Under the pieces are notes generated by a model. That model was not told the origin of the DNA and ran no database searches. It saw nothing but the letters and a program-made list of their open reading frames with translations. Shown here in pieces: positions 27,180 to 27,190 of a DNA stretch of 27,190 bases (positions within the stretch are counted from its first letter, which is position 1; each line of letters starts with the position of its first letter). The translations under genes and the position numbers were made by a program. The DNA is from Eledone cirrhosa (Eukaryota), in assembly GCA_964016885.1 (NCBI GenBank), contig CAXHJY010001302.1:1-27190 (forward strand). The letters are read 5' to 3'.

Positions 27180-27190
27180 TTGTTCTGTCC

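Overview
A very AT-rich, microsatellite-dominated, non-coding animal genomic window. The SINE family and repeat landscape resemble an octopod cephalopod (inference from recall; no search run). No intact protein-coding gene is visible, and nearly all long ORFs in the track are translations of (TA)n, (TG)n, (ACT)n or (TTC)n repeats. The unique islands between microsatellites are mostly retroelement debris: six copies of a tRNA-derived SINE, two Dong/R4-like 3' ends in (TAA)n, one Tx1/L1-like 3' end, and a decayed RTE-like 3' end. The main signal is many short cassettes resembling Penelope-like element pseudo-LTRs (pLTRs), in inverted or tandem arrangements and carrying type I minimal hammerhead ribozyme (HHR) motifs. 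Seven HHR motifs have a well-formed core and helices and about ten more are degenerate or truncated. They come from several unrelated families, mostly with a palindromic helix III. One (16721-16854) has an unusual branched helix II. All structures were paired by eye and catalytic activity is untested.
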